Source: Octopus vulgaris | Taxonomy: Eukaryota | Length of the DNA stretch: 64,000 bases | Assembly: GCA_951406725.2 (NCBI GenBank) | Contig: OX597830.1 | Location: 31,620,001-31,684,000, forward strand | Direction of reading: 5' to 3' | In this document: positions 57,629 through 64,000 of the stretch, in pieces | Numbering within the stretch: the stretch's first letter is position 1 | How the letters are laid out: every line of letters begins with the position of its first letter | The notes under the pieces: generated by a model | Database searches by the model: none | What the model saw: the letters and a program-made list of their open reading frames with translations, nothing else | What the model was told of the DNA's origin: nothing | Made by a program: the position numbers and the translations under genes

Positions 57629-60155
57629 ACTGGCAGCTTGCGGTGCCTGTATTAGTTGGAAATGGTAGTGATGGTGGTGGTGGTGGTGGTGGTGGTGACG
57701 GCAGTGGTGGCAGTGGTGCCGTTGTTGTTGTTGTTGTTGTTGTTGTTGTCTTTAGTAATGGTGGTAGTGGTGGTGGTAGTTAAGGCGGTGGTGGTGGTGG
57801 TGGCTGTGGTGGTGGTGGTGGTGGTGTTCGAGGTGATGCTAGCGCCAGTGCTGGGTCTGATTGTGCTGTTTGTGTTTTTGTTGTGGTTGCTGGTGGTGGT
57901 GGTATGGTGGTGGTGGTGGTGGTGGTGGTGGTGGTGGTGGTGGCGGTGGTAGTTGTAGTTGTAGTTGTAGTAGTGTTGGTTGTGAGGATGGTTGTCGTGG
58001 TGATGGTTATGGTTATGGTTGCAGTTGTGGTTGTGGTCGTGGTTGTGGTTGCAGTGGTGGTGACAGTGTTGGTGCTGGTTGAGCTGATAATATTAGTGGT
58101 AGTGGTGGTGGTGGTGGTGGCTGAAGTGGTAGTGGTTGTTGAAGTGGTATTAGCTGTTGAAATGATGGTGGTGGTAGTAGTGGTAGTGGTGGTCGTGGTG
58201 AAAGTGATGATAGATGAGTTGGAGTTGGTGGATGTGGCGGCAGTAGTAGTGGTGGTGGTGGTGGTGGTAGTGGTGGTGGTGGTGGTGACTTTGGTGGTTG
58301 TTGTAGTGGTAGTTGAAATGGTGTTACTGGTAGTGTTGGTGGTGGTGGCAGTGGTGGTGATGGTTTTGGTGGTAGTTGAAATGGTATTGGTGGTTGTGTT
58401 GGTGATGATTGTTTTGGTAGTAGTTACATTGGTGTATTAAATTGTAGTAGTAACAGTTGTTGTGCTAGTTGGAGTAGTTACAACAATGGTAGCCATGTGG
58501 GTAGTGGATGTAATGGTGATGGTAATGGTAATGGTTGTTGTGGTATCAATGGTTGTAGTACTGATAGTTGTATTGGTTATAGTTGTGGAAGTGGTGAATA
58601 TGGTGTTGGAGATCATTGTTGTAATGATTCTAGTGGTGGTGGTGGTTGTGGTGATGACTATGGTGGTCAAAGTAATTTTAGAGACAATTAAATTGTTGTG
58701 GCGTAGGTTGTAGTATTAATTGCTGTGTCTGTCATCATAGCGGTGGTTGTTCATGTTGTTGTGGTCGAAGTGGTAGTACTGCAGTGCCAGTGTTAGTGCT
58801 GTAGTGAATTTTACTATGGTAGCAACAACAATAGTTGTAGAAGTGTTGGTTATAGTGGTCGTTATAGTACCCAGTATTTTTGATAACAGTTGTGGTGGTG
58901 GTAGTTAGTAGTGGTGGTGGTTGTTACAGTAGTGGAGGTAGTTCAAGGAAAAGTTATATTAACAGTAAATAGCAGTAGTGTATGTGGTAATTTTGGCGGT
59001 AGTAATATGAGTGGTGGTTCGCTACAGCAGTTACGTTTGCGGTTGTTGTAGAGGATATAGTACTGAGAGTGGTTATAGAGACAGCATGTCTATTTATTGT
59101 TATATATGCTGTTGTTTTGTTGTAGTTGCTGCTGTTGTTGTTATTATTGTTGTTAGCACCACCACCCGCTTCCACTAGATTCGCATTCCTGTTTGAGTGA
59201 ACCTATAATCACAGACACTTCCAGCCATGACCCTCTCGTCATTCTACATATACATCCACAGACACATTACCTAATGTGTCCTTTATTCCTTTACGACATT
59301 AGAATGTGATTTGTGGTAAATTTAGCTTCTATGTCTAGCACATCAACTGACCACACATAGGAACCTATTTTAATTTGTACAACAGTTGTCGAAGCAGTCA
59401 TTGTTTGGGATGTAGTATTTTTAGCTATAGCAATAGTAGTTTCAGTGGTGGTTGTTATGGCTGTAGTATAGTTGGTGTTCATAGGGGTACTACTTGTGGT
59501 AGTTGCTGTCGTAGTATAGATTGTTGAGGTTGATGTAATATCAAACAGTGATTATAGGAGTATTGTTCATGGTCGTTGTTACAGTTGGGATGGTTACTCT
59601 GGATATAGTACAGGTGGTGATAAGGGTGGTAGTGTTTGAGGTAGTCACTGTAGTATAGTGGTGGTGGTGGTGGGGGGGTTGAAGTTGTTTTAGAAGTGGT
59701 TAAGGTAGTTGTTACTTTGGTAGTTGTTACTTTTGTGGTGGTAGATAGGATGGTAATGATGATGATGATGACGAGGAGGAGGAGGAGGACGACGACGACG
59801 ACGATGATAATGGTGGTGGTGGTGGTAGTGGTGGGGATGATGATGATGAGGAGGAGGAGGAGAAGGAGGAGGATAACGACAATGACGACGATGATGATGG
59901 TGGTGGTGGTGGCAGTGGTGGTGAAGATGATGATGATGATGATGAGGAGGAGGAGGAGGAGGATAATGGTGACGGTGCAATGATGATGATGGTGATGATG
60001 ATGGTGATCATGACGATGGTAGTGGTGATGGTGCAATGATGATGATGATGTTGATGACGACAACGCTGACGATGACGACGATGAAGAAGATGATGAAGAG
60101 GATATTCATGATGGTCATGATGATGATGATGATGACAACAACAACAACAACATTA
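57585..60155. repeat. About 2.5-kb imperfect trinucleotide low-complexity tract (GGT/GTT/GTA/GAT/GAG), interrupted at 59150-59390 by a dispersed-repeat fragment
   Basis: Directly visible; strong G+T skew on the plus strand. Confidence 0.9.
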
Positions 60156-60854
60156 TGACTTTCAATCTCTTTTATGCTATCCTTCCATGCCTGTTTCTTT
60201 TTACTGCCTTTGTATTTTTTCTTTGTTTTTTTTCTTTACTAATTTCTCTCTCTCCCTCTTTCACTTCCTCTCTCTCTCTCTCTCTCTCTCTCACTTCCTC
60301 TCTCTCTCTCTCTCTCTCTTTCCTCTCTCTCTTTGTTTCTATCTTTCATTCTTTATAGGAATGAATCTCTTTTGCTGCCTCTAACTCTTCCTCTTCTTCT
60401 CTCTCCTTCCATCCCCTCCGCCTCCCCTCTCTCCCTCCTTCTTTCTCTCTCTCTCTCTCTCTACCTCACTCTTCTCCTCCTGTCTATTTCTATGGTGTCT
60501 GATTTATCTTACTGGCACACTGCATGTCTTTTGCTTATGTTTGCCTGATTTTAAAGATTGTCTGCCTGCATGTGTCTATGCAACTCTGCCTGTTTTTATT
60601 CACCTAAAATTATTCATCTCAATCTATCGGTTCAACAATAATTTTTTTTTTTTTTCCTTTTTGCATATTCTTGTATTTCCTTCTTGAACAAGGGTGGATA
60701 ATAATCCCCTTACACAGCCTGGTTTAGCACCATTTCCTGGCCCATAGGTGCTGCCTTTACCAGAGGCAAATATATTCCAATCATTTGGAACAGATTCTAG
60801 CAAAGATTATTCTAACCTCACAGTCCACCATAGTTCTTTATACTTTCTTACATA

Positions 60855-61077
60855 CTCTCTTTACTCTTTACTCTTTTACTTGTTTCAGTCATGTGACTGT
60901 GGCCATGCTGGAGCACTGCCTTTAGTCAAGCAAATCGACCCCACGACTTATTCTTTGGAAGCCTAGTACTTATTCTATTGGTGTCTTTTGCTGAACTGCT
61001 AAGTTATGGGGATGTAAACACACCACCATTAGTTGTCAAGCGATGTTGTGGGGACAAACACAGACACACAAACATAT

Positions 61078-61110
<33 letters not shown>

Positions 61111-61283
61111 TATACATGACGGGCTTCTTTCAGTTTTTTCTTCTACCAAATCCACTCACAAGGCTTTGGTCGGCTCGAGGCTATAGAGGAGGACACTTGC
61201 CCAAGGTGCCACACAGTGGGACTGAACCCAGAACCATGTAGTTCGTAAGCAAGCTACTTACCACACAGCCACTCCTACGCCTA
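60855..61283 (-). mobile_element. SINE family A, full length
   Basis: Complete reverse-complement match. Confidence 0.93.
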
Positions 61284-61640
61284 CATGTCAACAAAATAAT
61301 CTAAACCCACACTCTTGGACAATTTTCTCTACCCTTAAATCTCATACATCAGCAGATCCCAACCTTTTTTTTTGCACCCCAGACCAGTTTAAGCAAAACA
61401 ATTTTTCACACATGATTTGTAAAATGCACCCAGTACGCTCTGCTAAGTGGTGGTCATCATAGGAACCATTCTACGGAAGACATTTGGAGTCTGGACAGCT
61501 CCCTGCTAGCTAGCTCCTTGTCAAACCATCCAACCCATGCCAGCATGGAAAGCAGATGTTAAACAATGATTACGATGATGATAGCAAAACAATAAAGTGT
61601 ATGATATATAATTTAATTGTTAAATATATAATGCATAGAG

Positions 61641-61982
61641 AAGGCGCATGGCTCAGTGGTTAGAGCATCGAGCTTATGATCGTGAGGTTGTGATCGTGAG
61701 TTCAATTCCTGGACCGGGCTGCATGTTGTGTTCTTGAGCAAGGCACTTTATTCTACGTTGCTCCAGTTTACTCAGCTATAGAAATGAGTTGTGATGTCAC
61801 TGGTGCCAAGGTGTATCGGCCCCTTTGCCTTTCCCATGGATAACATCAGTGGCATGGAGAGGGGAGGCTGGTATGCATGGGTGACTGCTGGCCTTCCATA
61901 AACAACCTTGCCTGGACTTGTGCCTCGGAGGGTAACTTTCTAGGTGCAACCCCATGGTCATTCATGATCGAAGGGGATCTCC
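61641..61982 (+). mobile_element. SINE family C, full length (tRNA head plus CORE-like centre)
   Basis: A box tggctcagtggttag, B box gagttcaattcc, cttgagcaaggcactt...ctcagctatagaaatgag; second copy from 63848. Confidence 0.85.
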
Positions 61983-62002
61983 TCCTCCATATAATTCATA
62001 TA

Positions 62003-62888
62003 TGAGGTGTTATGTAAAGGTTCCCGGACTAGTTATGTTTAATAAAAAATAACTTATAAATAAATTTTAACACCATTTCCTTCAAAATAGTTACCTTACA
62101 CAGCAATACACCGGTCCCTGTTTTCTTGCCACTTTTGGCATCCTGCCTGGAAATCGCTTTCCATAAGCAAGTTGAAGACTTCTGTAATTCACTCTTGATC
62201 TTGATAACAGCATTAAAATGGTAACCTTTGAGCTGCATTTTCCTCTTGGGGAAGTGCTGGAAGTCTGCAGGTGCTAAATTTGGTGAATAGATTGGGTATG
62301 GAAGTGATACCATGTTGTCTGGGTTGAGAAACTCACAAGAGAGGAGAGCTTGGCAACAGGGGGAATTGTCATTGTGAAAAATCCAATTCGTTGCACTCCA
62401 CAAATCTATTCACTTTCGCCAAATGTCCTCCCTCAAGCATTTCAAAATGTCCTCCAAAAATCTTCATGCACAAGCTGATGAATTTTCTCCCCATTTCTTG
62501 GGGTGACGCTCATGACAGGTCTTCCAAATCACACTTCATCTTAAAGGGACATTCTTCTGCTCTTGAAGAGACCATGCTACTCAAAACATTGTCTACAAAC
62601 CATTGCCTCATCCTTGTAAGCTTGCTGAAGCATTCTCAACGTCTCTGTAGTAGACTTCCTTAGTTTAATGCAGAATTTCACATTGGTTCTTTGTTCCAAG
62701 TTCCAGTCCATGACAAGAATTGCAAACTACAGCATGTACATGATCACAAAAGCATAAATTCCACTACAATGGCATTCAGCATATTACCTCATGAAGATCA
62801 CTACCAGCTCTCACTGTACACACAACTATGTGTTGCCATCTGTTGGCATGCTACATAACTAGTCTGAAAACTTTTTGATATCACCTCG
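62003..62888 (-). mobile_element. Internally deleted, pseudogenised mariner DNA transposon
   Basis: TIRs TA|tgaggtgttatgtaaaggttcccggactagttatgt and acataactagtctgaaaactttttgatatcacctcg|TA; ORF 62029-62403 has WIFHNDNSP and YSPNLAPADF (mariner HDNA and YSPDLAPxD motifs). Confidence 0.92.
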
Positions 62889-62902
62889 TATATACATATA
62901 AT

Positions 62903-63205
62903 GAGGAGGTGCAATGGCCCAGTTGTTAGGGCAGCGGACTCGCGGTCGGAGAATTGCAGTTGTGATTCCCAGATCGGGCGTTGTGTGTGTTTATTGAGCG
63001 AAAACACCTAAAGGCTCTGGCTGGGGCGATGGCGACCCCTGTTGTACTCTTTCACCCCAACTTTCTCTCAGTCTCTCTTCTTGTTTTTTGAGTAAGGCTG
63101 CGATGGACTGGCATCCCGTCCAGCTGGGGGGAACACATATGCCACAGAAACCCGGAAACCGGGCCCATGAGCCTGGCTAGGCTTGAAAAGGGTGCATAAA
63201 AAAAA
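62903..63205 (+). mobile_element. SINE family D, full length (tRNA head, V-domain-like ctgcgatggactggcatcccgtccag, A-rich tail)
   Basis: A box tggcccagttgttag; head shared with 4110-4348. Confidence 0.8.
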
Positions 63206-63249
63206 TAAATAAAAATATGCATATAAAATGCAGTAATAGTTTGCTTAGG

Positions 63250-63465
63250 TATGGTGTTTGTCCCTTTCTCACCCACCCCATCACTTGACAACCAGTGTCA
63301 CTGTGTTTATGAACCCATAATTTAGAGGTTCAGCAAAAGAGACCAATATAAAAAGTAATGGGGTTAATTCTTCCGACTAAAAATTCTTCAAAGTGGTGCC
63401 CCAGCATGGCCACAGTTTAATGACTGAAACAAGTGAATGATGAAAGATGAAAGATGAAAGATAAA
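63250..63465 (+). mobile_element. SINE family A, 3' half
   Basis: cttgacaaccagt...ggtgccccagcatggccacagtttaatgactgaaacaag. Confidence 0.85.
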
Positions 63466-63847
63466 TGATATTAAGATTTATATTTCACAGGAATCTCTGC
63501 AGATTTTTGCTGCTGGACACATCCTGAATTTAGTTGAAACTGCATCTCAAAGACTGGCTTTGGTCCTCAGAGCCAGACAATAATTCCAGATCCCAGCATT
63601 AACAACCGACTCATTACAAACCTCAGCTGTGACCCAAAATAGTGCATTGCACTCACATCTGGGTTGGTGCTGATGCAAAGTGTACATACACCTTAGATTC
63701 CATGGTAGGAAAGGACACTTGTCTCATTGGTGTGAAGCTGTTAACTCTCACCACACACACACACACACAGACACACCAACCATTGGCTCATAGATATACT
63801 GTCTCCTCTCTCAGACTTTTCTACTGCTTCTAATAAGGCCTCTAGGT

Positions 63848-64000
63848 GAAGGTGCATGGTTCAGTGGTTAGAGTGTTGGGCTCACAATCATGAGGTAGTG
63901 AGTTCAATTCCCAGACCAGGCTGTGTGTTGTGTTCTTGAGCAAGAAACTTTATTTCATGTTGCTCCAGTTCACTCATCTGTAAAAATGAGCTGTGGTGTC
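63848..64000 (+). mobile_element. SINE family C, cut by window end
   Basis: Colinear with 61641-61800. Confidence 0.85.

Noticed and set aside
57883-60063. Mucin-like or transmembrane poly-V/poly-T protein
   Set aside because: Frames are broken by stops and shifts and interrupted by a dispersed-repeat fragment at 59150-59390.
61641-61720. tRNA gene (also heads at 62903, 63848 and in families A and B)
   Set aside because: A/B boxes continue into SINE bodies; no convincing cloverleaf or terminator.
62029-62403. Functional transposase CDS
   Set aside because: Element is only 886 bp, motifs are degenerate and the frame is fragmented.
63491-63700. Plus-strand exon ESLQIFAAGHILNLVETASQRLALVLRARQ* or 13-nt minus microexon
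   Set aside because: Early stop or non-triplet length with modest splice signals; indistinguishable from chance.

Overview
AT-rich eukaryotic non-coding DNA, most likely from an octopus (coleoid cephalopod) genome. I infer this from the extreme density of (TA)n/(CA)n/(TATC)n/(TACA)n/trinucleotide microsatellites and from tRNA-derived SINE families that I recall as octopus repeats. No intact protein-coding gene, rRNA, real tRNA or CRISPR array can be supported; almost every ORF in the track is a microsatellite translation. Identifiable content: about 20 copies or fragments of one tRNA-headed SINE (family A); three further SINE families; 3'-terminal LINE remnants (CR1-like, R4/Dong-like sitting in a TAA repeat, RTE-like); an internally deleted mariner; Tc/mariner and hAT MITEs; Helentron-associated (HINE/DINE-like) elements; Penelope-like remnants with hammerhead-ribozyme-like cores; and a 16-bp minisatellite. 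Short unique islands between the repeats carry paired splice signals, mostly on the minus strand. This suggests, but does not prove, that the window lies within introns of a long minus-strand transcript with small or micro-exons, some with 3' splice sites folded into hairpins. Repeat boundaries are approximate and family names are pattern-based, not database hits.
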